From the IMG/VR virus record IMGVR_UViG_3300037761_000289, positions 925 through 64,924 of that record: DNA of 64,000 bases. One strand, written 5' to 3'. The DNA comes from a virus (taxonomy: Duplodnaviria; Caudoviricetes). The notes beneath the pieces were generated by a model that ran no database searches, was not told the DNA's origin, and worked only from the letters and a program-made list of their open reading frames with translations. Position numbers and translations under genes: made by a program. Of the stretch, positions 24,310-32,182 are shown piece after piece; the stretch's first letter is position 1; each line of letters opens with the position of its first letter.

Positions 24310-25263
24310 ATGGCGCCCCGACTGCCCCGCCCCGACCCCGGCACATACCAGCCGATGATCGACTCGTTCGTGCTGAGCCTGCGCATCGACAACAAGTCCG
24401 CGCGCACCATCGCCGCCTACACCGACGCCGCCGCCTGGTTCGGCGGCTGGCTGCTGCACCACCGGCCCGGCGTGACCGGCTGGGCGGCCGTGTCCCGCGA
24501 CGAGCTCCAGGCGTTCTTCCTGTGGCTGCTCGACCAGCGCGACCCGGCCGGCCGCGGCTACGCGCCGGGCTACGTCAACCACGTCGCCCGCGGCCTCCAG
24601 CAGTTCTTCCGCTGGCACGCCGCCGAAGAGGACGTCGCCGACCCGTTCGACAAGTTCAAGGTGCCGCCGCCACCGAAACTCGGCAGCGGCCTGGTCCCGG
24701 TGGTCGAGGTGGAGGACCTGGCGCGGCTGGTCCACGACGCGGAGGCCGGCCGGGATTACGAGTCGCGCCGCGACGCCGCGATCCTGCGGCTGTACGCCTG
24801 CACCGGATGCCGACTGTCGGAACTGGCCCTGCTGCGGGTGGCCGACGTCAACGTGCCCAACCGGACGGTGACCGTCACCGGCAAGGGCGCCAAGGTCCGC
24901 CAGGTGCGCATCGACCAGAAGGCGGCACGGGCCCTGGACCGGTTCCTGAGGGTGCGGGCCCAGCACCGGGCCGCCGGGCTGCCCGCGCTGTGGATCGGTG
25001 TCCGCCGGCGGGAGGGCATGACCGCCAAGGGCGTCTACCGGATGATCGTCCGCCGCAGTACCCGGCTGGGTATCAGGATCCACCCGCACCAGCTCCGGCA
25101 CACGTTCGCGCACCGCTGGTTGGACGCGGGCGGCGCCGAGGGTGACCTGATGGAGTTGGCCGGCTGGGAGTCGCCGCAGATGCTGAGGCACTACGGCGCG
25201 TCGGCCCGGGCCGCGCGGGCGCGCCGCGCCTACGACCGGGTCAACGTGATGGGGGACGTCTAG
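24310..25263 (+). CDS. int: Tyrosine integrase
   Basis: LYACTGCRLSEL (R), TGKG (K), HPHQLRHTF (HxxR), AGW (W) and LRHYG (Y). Confidence 0.95.
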   Translation: MAPRLPRPDPGTYQPMIDSFVLSLRIDNKSARTIAAYTDAAAWFGGWLLHHRPGVTGWAAVSRDELQAFFLWLLDQRDPAGRGYAPGYVNHVARGLQQFFRWHAAEEDVADPFDKFKVPPPPKLGSGLVPVVEVEDLARLVHDAEAGRDYESRRDAAILRLYACTGCRLSELALLRVADVNVPNRTVTVTGKGAKVRQVRIDQKAARALDRFLRVRAQHRAAGLPALWIGVRRREGMTAKGVYRMIVRRSTRLGIRIHPHQLRHTFAHRWLDAGGAEGDLMELAGWESPQMLRHYGASARAARARRAYDRVNVMGDV

Positions 25264-25511
25264 CCGCCGAGTAGCCGCCGCTCGATCCGGCGTGCCGCGG
25301 CCAGTGTCGGCGCGTCAAGGCCGTCCGGTATGCCGTCCGGTGCGCGGCCGTGGCGCCGCCCGGCCCACCAGCCGAGTACGGCGGCGCCGACGGCGAGCGC
25401 GGCGGCCCTGACGAGTTGTCTGGTCTGTGGCACACGGCCTCCCCGAGCCAGCGGCGGCCTCTTCACCCGCCCGGTCGGCGGGCCGGGCGCGGGAGTGCGA
25501 GGCACCGACAT
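25260..25511 (-). CDS. Small membrane protein
   Basis: QLVRAAALAVGAAVLGWWAGRR. Confidence 0.55.
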   Translation of the reverse strand: MSVPRTPAPGPPTGRVKRPPLARGGRVPQTRQLVRAAALAVGAAVLGWWAGRRHGRAPDGIPDGLDAPTLAAARRIERRLLGG

Positions 25512-25546
25512 GTCCGATGGTCATTCACATTGAGCCACGACCACAA

Positions 25547-25568
25547 CCCGCCGTGTAGTCACGGCGGG
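25547..25568. terminator. GC-rich hairpin
   Basis: CCCGCCGTG-TAGT-CACGGCGGG. Confidence 0.55.
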
Positions 25569-25672
25569 ACACGATGGTGGCACTCCGGTCCGGCGGTTCG
25601 GCGGGTTACGGCGGCTTACGTCGGTCACCCGATCGGGTGACGTCCGGCCGTCCCGACCGCGAGCGTTACGGC

Positions 25673-26104
25673 TTATGTGGCTGTGGTTCTGAGCCAGTGG
25701 GTGCACGGGTGGCACAGGTCGAGCCAGCGCGGCCCGAGGCTGGTTGTGGCGACGAAGGCGCAGTTCGCCACGCCACCGCAGCGTAGGCAGGGGTGGGCCT
25801 CGTGGAGCCGTCGGTGGTCGATCGCCTGGGCTGTGGTGTCGTCTGGTGCGGGTGGTAGCAGGGTGGGCTCAGCTTTGAGGAGGTGCAGCAGTCCGTCGGC
25901 ACCGATCTTCTCAGGCGGTGCCTTGTGCCAGTGGCCGTCACCCATCCAATGTATCGACCCGTCCGGCCCCATCCAGATTGGTGCGTTCAGCACCGGCCGG
26001 ACAACGCCGGGCCGGCCGGGTACGGGCTGCTCAGTGAACGTCGGTGGATCGCAGAGCGGGTCCGACGGGTCGAACACGTCGGAGTACGGGTCGTCGGTCG
26101 TCAC
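25673..26104 (-). CDS. Hypothetical protein with C-terminal Zn motif
   Basis: HPCLRCG...RWLDLCHPC; GTG start overlaps the upstream stop. Confidence 0.65.
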   Translation of the reverse strand: MTTDDPYSDVFDPSDPLCDPPTFTEQPVPGRPGVVRPVLNAPIWMGPDGSIHWMGDGHWHKAPPEKIGADGLLHLLKAEPTLLPPAPDDTTAQAIDHRRLHEAHPCLRCGGVANCAFVATTSLGPRWLDLCHPCTHWLRTTAT

Positions 26105-26463
26105 GGTGCTTCCTCGTACATGGCCTGCCACAGCCAATAGTCGATCTCGTAGACGATGCGGGCCTCACCGGCGATGCACCGGCCGAGTTGGTCGATTCCG
26201 ACCGGCCAGACGTAGCGGAACGGGCGGCCGACGTACGGCGCCGGCCGCCAGCACTTCTCCCGCGTCAGGATGGTGATCCTGAGCGTGTCCATGTCCGGGT
26301 GCAACTCGTCGGCTCCTACCGTGTAGGTGGGCGGCTGGGCCAGACGAGGCAGCCGGAGGTGGCGATAGCCGCCGTACGGGCCGCGTCGCTCCAGCCAGTC
26401 GATCAGCCACGTCTCGTCGCGGTACGCCGGATGCCACTCCAGCGGGTCGGGAATGTGCGTCAC
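26101..26463 (-). CDS. Hypothetical protein
   Basis: 120-aa ORF coupled to the GntR gene. Confidence 0.7.
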   Translation of the reverse strand: MTHIPDPLEWHPAYRDETWLIDWLERRGPYGGYRHLRLPRLAQPPTYTVGADELHPDMDTLRITILTREKCWRPAPYVGRPFRYVWPVGIDQLGRCIAGEARIVYEIDYWLWQAMYEEAP

Positions 26464-26714
26464 GGTGCGCCCCCCTCGGGTGGTGCCTGGCCGGTGACGT
26501 ACACGGCGTCGCCCCGGTGCCCACGCAACTCGCCCGTCTCGACCAGCCGCCGGATCGCGCGCCGCACCGTGGACTGTGGCCGCCCGAACAGGGCCACCAG
26601 TTCCCGGGTCGTCGGTATCGGTTCGCCCACCGGCCAGCGGCCGTCGGCGATCCGGGTGCGGATGTCAGCAACGATCTGGTCCGGGTAGGGGATGAAGGGC
26701 TCAGCAGCGGGCAT
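26460..26714 (-). CDS. GntR-family winged-helix regulator (HTH only)
   Basis: YPDQIVADIRTRIADGRWPVGEPIPTTRELVALFGRPQSTVRRAIRRLVETGEL. Confidence 0.9.
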   Translation of the reverse strand: MPAAEPFIPYPDQIVADIRTRIADGRWPVGEPIPTTRELVALFGRPQSTVRRAIRRLVETGELRGHRGDAVYVTGQAPPEGGAP

Positions 26715-26763
26715 GACGGGACTCCCAGGTCGGCCCGTCAATTGGATCACCCCGCCTCCCGTT

Positions 26764-26820
26764 TGAGCAAGGTGAGCATACTGACGCTTGCCAGTTTGAA
26801 CAATGTGAGTATTGTGAGCA
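26764..26820. promoter_or_regulatory. Five TGAGCA-like repeats at 9-bp spacing over divergent promoters
   Basis: TGAGCA 26764, TGAGCA 26773, TGAACA 26797, TGAGTA 26806 and TGAGCA 26815. Candidate TTGCCA-N16-TATTGT (+) and TTGTTC-N17-TATGCT (-). Confidence 0.65.
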
Positions 26821-26946
26821 ACGTGTTTCCCGGTGTGACCACCCAGGTCGGCAAGCTTGGCGGGCCCCGGGAGACCGGGACCGGCGCGGGGAGCCGGACA
26901 CACCTCCCCGCGCCGGTGCTCCCAGGGACAAAGATGGGGTGATCCG

Positions 26947-27105
26947 ATGCTGAGCTGGACACGGCTGCCGTGGGTCCGCCGCGACGAGCAGCGGCGCGCC
27001 GACGCCGACGCACGGGCCCGCGAGTGGCAGATGCGGGAGCACGCCGCCGCCGTGCTGCGCATCATCGCGACCAACCGGCGCACCGACGAGGGCAGGGAGA
27101 CCTGA
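26947..27105 (+). CDS. Small hypothetical protein
   Basis: MLSWTRLPWVRRDEQRRADADARAREW... Confidence 0.55.
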   Translation: MLSWTRLPWVRRDEQRRADADARAREWQMREHAAAVLRIIATNRRTDEGRET

Positions 27106-27106
27106 G

Positions 27107-27361
27107 ATGCGGGACCCGGACCCGGATCCTGAGCTGAGCGACAGCAGACTCCGCGAGTTGCTGCACGACCTGCTCGACGCGGTGCCGCCGGCGACCCGCG
27201 ACCTGTCGCCGACGGACCCCGCGTTCGTGCGGGCGCTCGCCGACGCCGAGCGGCCGGAGGGACCCCGGTTCAGCGCGTTGTGGTGGGTCGGCCTGATCTC
27301 GCTCGCGGTGGCGGTTGTCGCGGCCGGCCTCGCCCTGTTCATGCTCGGCCCGATCGGATGA
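27107..27361 (+). CDS. Protein with C-terminal TM helix
   Basis: LWWVGLISLAVAVVAAGLALFMLG. Confidence 0.7.
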   Translation: MRDPDPDPELSDSRLRELLHDLLDAVPPATRDLSPTDPAFVRALADAERPEGPRFSALWWVGLISLAVAVVAAGLALFMLGPIG

Positions 27362-27648
27362 GCCGGCCGCGCAGCCACCCGGACCCGGTGCAGACCGCCC
27401 GCGACGTGATCACGGTGCACACCGTCAAGCGCCCGATGTGCAAGCGGCGTCACCCGGCGGCGGTGTGCGAGACGTGCCGGCCGTGCGAGAAGTGCCGGCC
27501 GGACGGGTCCTGCGACCGGCTCAGCTGGGCCCGCACCGTCGAGGCCTGCGCCACCAGCGGCGGGACGTTCTCCGCCGACGACGAGCCGGTCATCATCTGG
27601 CGCGACGGCCGCTGGCGGGCCGCCGGCGGCGATCGCCCGCCCCGGTAG
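27358..27648 (+). CDS. Cys-rich protein
   Basis: CKRRH...CETCRPCEKC...SC; ATGA overlap. Confidence 0.6.
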   Translation: MSRPRSHPDPVQTARDVITVHTVKRPMCKRRHPAAVCETCRPCEKCRPDGSCDRLSWARTVEACATSGGTFSADDEPVIIWRDGRWRAAGGDRPPR

Positions 27649-27675
27649 CTGGGCACAGCTGGGCCAGCAGGCGGG

Positions 27676-27930
27676 TCACTCGCCGGACGGTAGGCGGCGC
27701 AGGTTGGCGCCCCGGCCCGGTCGGCCCCGCATCAGCGCGTCGAGGCCGCGTTGCGGGTATACGGGGGTGCGGTCGTCGAGGCGGGCCTCTCCGGTGAGCT
27801 TGCCGGCCTGCCGGAGCCGGGTCAGCGCGGCGCGCATGGTGGACAGTCCGAGGCCGTACCGCTGGGCGGCCTGGCGGATGGTGAGTGCGGTGCGGCCGTC
27901 GATGGTGACGCGGACGCGCGGGGTGGCCAT
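27676..27930 (-). CDS. HTH DNA-binding protein (excisionase/MerR-like)
   Basis: LTIRQAAQRYGLGLSTMRAALTR...PVYPQRGLDALMRGRPGRG. Confidence 0.75.
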   Translation of the reverse strand: MATPRVRVTIDGRTALTIRQAAQRYGLGLSTMRAALTRLRQAGKLTGEARLDDRTPVYPQRGLDALMRGRPGRGANLRRLPSGE

Positions 27931-27951
27931 GTTGCCAGGGTAGCAGGGTTG

Positions 27952-28282
27952 GTAGCGCTAACGCTGCGTACTGCCCGATTCGTTCCCCGGCCGGGTCGGT
28001 TTGTCCGATCCGGCCGCGAGTTTCGGGCGCCTGTCCGGTTCGGCCCGGTCTGTGTGTCAGCCGTTCGGGCGGTTCTCCGTGACGATCGTGGCCGGCGGCC
28101 CGTCCGGAGCCTGTCCACTGTGGATGTCCACTGTGGAATCTGTGTACGCAGCGTCAGGGCTGCGTACAGTGTCCGGATTCGTACCCCGACCCCAAAGCCA
28201 TCACGGCGGCGGCCCGGACGCCTGATGCCGCAACACCCCTGGTCAGGCACTATCGACGCTAGCAGCGGTAGCGCTGCATACT
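27952..28282. promoter_or_regulatory. Two G(C/T)AGCG-N4-CGCTGC operator-like dyads and a -10 CATACT
   Basis: 27952-27967 (one mismatch) and 28262-28277 (perfect); CATACT at 28277-28282. Confidence 0.55.
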
Positions 28283-28595
28283 GATGGGGCAAGCACAACT
28301 GCATAGCGGGCGAGCCACTCCGAACCGGAGAAATGGCTGGGGAAGCAACGGGATACGGGCACAAAACAAAGACCCCGGAACACACGAAGACCTCGCACAC
28401 CACCTTGAGGCGAGCAGAGTTGAGCACCCGGGCAAAGGAAAACGACACCCGACGCGAAACCCCCAGTGCACACCGGAACCGAGAAACCTAGATCGCCGCA
28501 ACCAAGCACCACCAGACCGAGCAGCTTCCGTCCAGCCCCACCGGGGCTGCGGCGGTGGCCGCTCGGCCCAACCGAACACCCAGAGAGGAAAGACC

Positions 28596-28823
28596 ATGAA
28601 CATCAACGAATGGGACGTGATCGAGGTCGCTGCCGAGCAGAGCGACTATCCCGCCGAGGACCAGGGCAAGCTCGCCGTGCAGTGGCGCGGCGAGTTCATC
28701 GCGTTCGTCGGCGACCTGGCCGAGGCGAGGGCGCTGATCCGCAAAGAGACCGGCACCGACGTGAGGCTGGTCGAGACGATCAACTACTGGCCGGCCCGGC
28801 GTTGGATACCGGCTACCGACTGA
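28596..28823 (+). CDS. Hypothetical protein
   Basis: MNINEWDVIEVAAEQSDY...; RBS GAGAGGA. Confidence 0.75.
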   Translation: MNINEWDVIEVAAEQSDYPAEDQGKLAVQWRGEFIAFVGDLAEARALIRKETGTDVRLVETINYWPARRWIPATD

Positions 28824-28932
28824 CGCACCACGACCGGCGCCCCGAACTGAGGCGCCGCACGTGGCGAATCAGCCAACCAACCTCGCGCGTCGAGCTGCCC
28901 CCGCTCCGCGCCCACCGTCCACGGAGGACACC

Positions 28933-29634
28933 ATGACGCTCACCCAGCAGTTCGCCGCCCAGTACGCCCGTGGCGTCGTACCCGCCATGCTCAAGGCGAT
29001 CAACGCCGCCAAGCGCGACACCCGCCTGATCGTCGCCGGGGTACTCGCCATCACCTACCCGCACCAGGCGGCCTGGCTGATCACAATCGACGGCGTCGGC
29101 ATCCTCGGCTGGATCATCCCGGCCGTGGTCGACCTGGCCATGCTGCGGATGCTCGGCATCGTGCAGACCACCGGCATGCGCCGGGCCGCGAAGCGCGCCG
29201 CGCTCACGATGACCGTCCTTCTCGGCGTGATGAGCGCCGCCGTCAACGTCGCCGCGCCGGCCGCGACCGCCGCCCGCGTCATCTTCGGCGCGCTGGTCGC
29301 GGTGGCCGTCGGCGTGAAGATCGTCACGAGTCTGGTCGGCCCCGACTTCGCCGCGATCGAGGCCACCGAGGTCGCCGCCACCGAGGTCGCGCCGGCCGAT
29401 GACGCCGCCCACGCCCGCCGGTCCGCCGCAGCCCGCCGCTCCGCCGCCACCCGCAAGGCCAACGCCGAGCGTGCCGCCGCAGCCAAGGCCGCCGCCGCCG
29501 AGGCCCGCCGCGCCGCCCGCGAGGCCCGCCGGCTCGACGCCCAGGCCGACAAGGCCGAGCTGTTCGCCGCGATCGCCGCCGACCTGGACCCCACGTACGT
29601 CGGCTCGGTCGCCCCGATCAGCCCGGCGGTCTGA
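28933..29634 (+). CDS. DUF2637/SpdA-like multi-TM protein with Ala/Arg coiled-coil tail
   Basis: Four hydrophobic segments (GWIIPAVVDLAML, LGVMSAAVNV) then an AARRSAA-rich tail; RBS GGAGGA. Confidence 0.65.
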   Translation: MTLTQQFAAQYARGVVPAMLKAINAAKRDTRLIVAGVLAITYPHQAAWLITIDGVGILGWIIPAVVDLAMLRMLGIVQTTGMRRAAKRAALTMTVLLGVMSAAVNVAAPAATAARVIFGALVAVAVGVKIVTSLVGPDFAAIEATEVAATEVAPADDAAHARRSAAARRSAATRKANAERAAAAKAAAAEARRAAREARRLDAQADKAELFAAIAADLDPTYVGSVAPISPAV

Positions 29635-29641
29635 GCCCACC

Positions 29642-29671
29642 GGCCGCCCCGGTCACCACGACGGGGCGGCC
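29642..29671 (+). terminator. Intrinsic terminator-like hairpin
   Basis: GGCCGCCCCG / CGGGGCGGCC, 10-bp stem just after the stop. Confidence 0.65.
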
Positions 29672-29691
29672 CACCCATGCAATAAACGGTA

Positions 29692-29720
29692 TTGACAATC
29701 CCGCGAGGGACGCATAGGAT
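29692..29720 (+). promoter_or_regulatory. Sigma70-type promoter TTGACA-N17-TAGGAT with a dyad in the spacer
   Basis: -35 at 29692-29697 and -10 at 29715-29720; TCCC-GCGA-GGGA in the spacer. Confidence 0.8.
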
Positions 29721-29764
29721 TATCGGTATCGGAAACATCCACTGACTGGCCCGGGAGGAACCCC

Positions 29765-30241
29765 ATGCGCATCAACGTTCACCGCTACGACGACGAGGGC
29801 ACCAAGACTCTCGACGGCTGGTTCGACCGCGACAAGGCCGAAGAGATCTCGGAGGCCACCGACTGGAACGGCAGCAACCACTTCAGCGTCCACACGCGCA
29901 CCCAGTTCCACCACGAAATGCTGTTGCGTACCCACGGCGGCCGGTGGGTGCTCCACGAGTGGTCACAGTGGCAGAACGACACCCCGACGTACTCGTTCGT
30001 GGATGACGCGGCGGCCAAGAAATGGCTGATCGTCAACGGGTCCGACGACGTGGTGGAGCGGTACTTCGGCCAGTTGGAGGACGAGCGCGGCCCCGGCCGG
30101 CCGGCGATCGGCGACCCGATCAACGTGCGGCTCGGCGACCTCCAGGACGAGGTCGACGCCCTGGCGAGCGCCCGCGGCCAGAGCCGCGCCGACACCGTCC
30201 GCCAGCTCGTGGCACGCGGGCTGGAGCACGAGACACCCTGA
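29765..30241 (+). CDS. Unknown N-terminal domain fused to a C-terminal ribbon-helix-helix
   Basis: C-terminus GPGRPAIGDPINVRLGDLQDEVDALASARGQSRADTVRQLVARGL. Confidence 0.8.
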   Translation: MRINVHRYDDEGTKTLDGWFDRDKAEEISEATDWNGSNHFSVHTRTQFHHEMLLRTHGGRWVLHEWSQWQNDTPTYSFVDDAAAKKWLIVNGSDDVVERYFGQLEDERGPGRPAIGDPINVRLGDLQDEVDALASARGQSRADTVRQLVARGLEHETP

Positions 30242-30313
30242 ACCCAACCCGAGCCAACCCCCACGCACCAGCCGTCCCGTCGCCCCGCGTCACCCGCCAC
30301 AAGGAGGAACCCC

Positions 30314-30634
30314 GTGATCACCGTCGTCGAGCTCGCCGCCCGCCTCCAGATGTCCGACGCCCCCGAGAAGGTCGCATCTTTCGCCGGCTGCCTCACCGCG
30401 CACGACCCCCGCACGGGCCGGCTGCCGAAGCGGTGGGCGGGCCAGGGCATGGCCGCGACGTTCACCCCGGCCGAGGCCGACGAGCTGGCCGCGGAGTGGT
30501 ACCGCGCCAAGGACGCTGTCGACGCCGGCCGGGTCTTGCCCGTGATGGAGCGCAGCGCCGCGACCGGCGGGTACGAGACGGACGCGGAGTACGCGGCGAG
30601 GCAGGAGGAGACCCGCGACCGGTACCGCGCCTGA
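30314..30634 (+). CDS. Hypothetical protein
   Basis: RBS AAGGAGG; 106 aa. Confidence 0.75.
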   Translation: MITVVELAARLQMSDAPEKVASFAGCLTAHDPRTGRLPKRWAGQGMAATFTPAEADELAAEWYRAKDAVDAGRVLPVMERSAATGGYETDAEYAARQEETRDRYRA

Positions 30635-30647
30635 GCACAACGCAGAA

Positions 30648-30678
30648 CGCGCCCCCTGCCATACAGGCAGGGGGCGCG
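30648..30678. terminator. Bidirectional terminator between convergent units
   Basis: CGCGCCCCCTGCC-ATACA-GGCAGGGGGCGCG, 13-bp stem. Confidence 0.75.
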
Positions 30679-30713
30679 CGTTGCTGTGTTCGGCCGGCGG
30701 GCCGCTCAGTCGG

Positions 30714-30866
30714 TCAGTTGCGGCCGAGCCGGCCGGCCCACGGCGTCCACGCCCACAGCAGATGCGCGGCGACGAAACACAGGCCGAGGACCGTCAGGTC
30801 GACGGAGCCGAGGCTCACGCCGAACAGGGCCAGGACGAAACACAGTAGGGCCAGCAACGCGAACAT
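30714..30866 (-). CDS. Small 2-TM protein at the end of the lysis cassette
   Basis: Not in the ORF track; MFALLALLCFVLALFGVSLGSVDLTVLGLCFVAAHLLWAWTPWAGRLGRN. Confidence 0.75.
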   Translation of the reverse strand: MFALLALLCFVLALFGVSLGSVDLTVLGLCFVAAHLLWAWTPWAGRLGRN

Positions 30867-30869
30867 GGG

Positions 30870-31187
30870 CTACCTCACTTCGGGCCAGCGGGTGCGGGTG
30901 GGGGTGGGCACGTCCGGCGGGTTCGTGCGCAGGTACCGCGCGGACTCGGGCACCGGCTGGTCGTCGACCAGCGACGGCGACCCGGCCGGGCCTATCCCCG
31001 ACGCCGAGGACAGCACCGACGTGGCCAGCGACAGCAGCACCGCCCCGCCGACCGCCCCGCCGACCGTCCACCAGTCGACGGCCAGGACGTTGGTTCCGTC
31101 GCCGGCGAGCAAGAGCACCAGCACCTGCGCCACCGTCTTGAGCGCGCGTTCGGTCGCGCCGCGCCAGAAAGCGGCGGTCCACATCAT
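30870..31187 (-). CDS. Holin (r1t-like)
   Basis: MMWTAAFWRGATERALKTVAQ...VDWWTVGG...AVLLSLATSV...GPAGSPSLV. Confidence 0.9.
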   Translation of the reverse strand: MMWTAAFWRGATERALKTVAQVLVLLLAGDGTNVLAVDWWTVGGAVGGAVLLSLATSVLSSASGIGPAGSPSLVDDQPVPESARYLRTNPPDVPTPTRTRWPEVR

Positions 31188-31915
31188 GTTCCCACCTTCG
31201 GTTGCCGGGTCCGATCCTGCGTCTCCGGGCTGCCGGGGTCGCACCAGTAGAACTCGCCGCCGGGACCGACCGGCCGGTGAAGCCCGCACTGCACGCAGTA
31301 GGTGCCGCCATAGAACTGCGGGTCGCGGGCGTAGGTTTCCGCGATCGCCGCGTCCATCGTGGTGACCTGCCCGCACGAGGTGTGCCAGTACGACCGGCGT
31401 ACCGGGCGGACGAAGCCTTTCGCACGCTCGGCCTCGGACAGCACCAGGTACGTGTCGGCCTGCTCCCGGGGCGGCCCGTCGGCCGGGTCGGGTCCGTGCG
31501 TCAGACGCGGATCGGTCGGGTCGGTCGTGATCCGCATCCCGTCGACCGCCGTCCTCACAGCCCGGATCTGGTCCCGGGACGCGTGGATCTGCTGCGCCAG
31601 CTGCGTAACCTGCTCCACCACGCCGGCCGGCTGGTCTTCGACCCGCTCGGGCCAGTGCCACGTGCCGCCGCGCGGCTCGCCGTCGGGCCGCTCGTATGGG
31701 CAGCGGTTGAAGAACAGGCCGGTCGGGTTGAAGACCACCAGGTCGCAGACGATGGCCGAACTGTCCCACTGCTCGGCGTGCTCGGCGTCGGCGTACGGCA
31801 GTGCACCCTCAGGCACCCCGGCGATGACGGCGGCGCGGCACTGCGACGTGTACTCGCCGCCGGGCGTCCCGTAAGAGCGATAGTGGACGATCCGGCCGAC
31901 ACTCGGCTTGGTCAC
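31184..31915 (-). CDS. Two-domain conserved phage protein
   Basis: N domain KPSVGRIVHY...RAAVI...LVVFNPTGLFF...GTWHWPERV; C domain YLVLSEAERAKGFVRPVRRSYWH..CG...ETYARDPQFYGGTYCVQC. Confidence 0.75.
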   Translation of the reverse strand: MTKPSVGRIVHYRSYGTPGGEYTSQCRAAVIAGVPEGALPYADAEHAEQWDSSAIVCDLVVFNPTGLFFNRCPYERPDGEPRGGTWHWPERVEDQPAGVVEQVTQLAQQIHASRDQIRAVRTAVDGMRITTDPTDPRLTHGPDPADGPPREQADTYLVLSEAERAKGFVRPVRRSYWHTSCGQVTTMDAAIAETYARDPQFYGGTYCVQCGLHRPVGPGGEFYWCDPGSPETQDRTRQPKVGT

Positions 31916-31928
31916 GGGTCTTCCTCCC

Positions 31929-32165
31929 TCAGGGTCGGCCGGCCAGCTGGCCGGCCTTGAGCGCGCCGGTGAAGGCCCGCCACTCGTCGCCGCCGAACGT
32001 CAGCACCGGGCCGTCGGGGTCCTTGCTGTCCCGCACCTGCACCGCGCGGCCGGACAGCCGCGCCTCCACACAGTTGCCGTCCATGCCGGAGCGGCTGGAC
32101 CTGCGCCAATCGTCGGTGAGCAAAATGTCAGCCTCCTGCGTCAAGCTGGGTCGGATGCCCGGCAC
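31929..32165 (-). CDS. DUF397 domain protein
   Basis: WRRSSRSG..GNCVEA...VQVRDSKDPDGPVLTF...EWRAF...LKAG. Confidence 0.9.
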   Translation of the reverse strand: MPGIRPSLTQEADILLTDDWRRSSRSGMDGNCVEARLSGRAVQVRDSKDPDGPVLTFGGDEWRAFTGALKAGQLAGRP

Positions 32166-32182
32166 CCTACGCCGGTCCCGGG

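Noticed and set aside
24310-25263. Idea that the portal C-terminal domain is a second tyrosine recombinase or telomere resolvase
   Set aside because: It has the TopIB-specific N-terminal motifs (IPPAW, GxDxKGRxQ) and KDLRT/LGNT rather than the HxxR motif seen in this integrase.
28284-28595. N-terminal extension of the 28596 gene as given in the ORF track
   Set aside because: Atypical codon use and no RBS at 28284, but a good RBS before 28596. Treated as non-coding leader.
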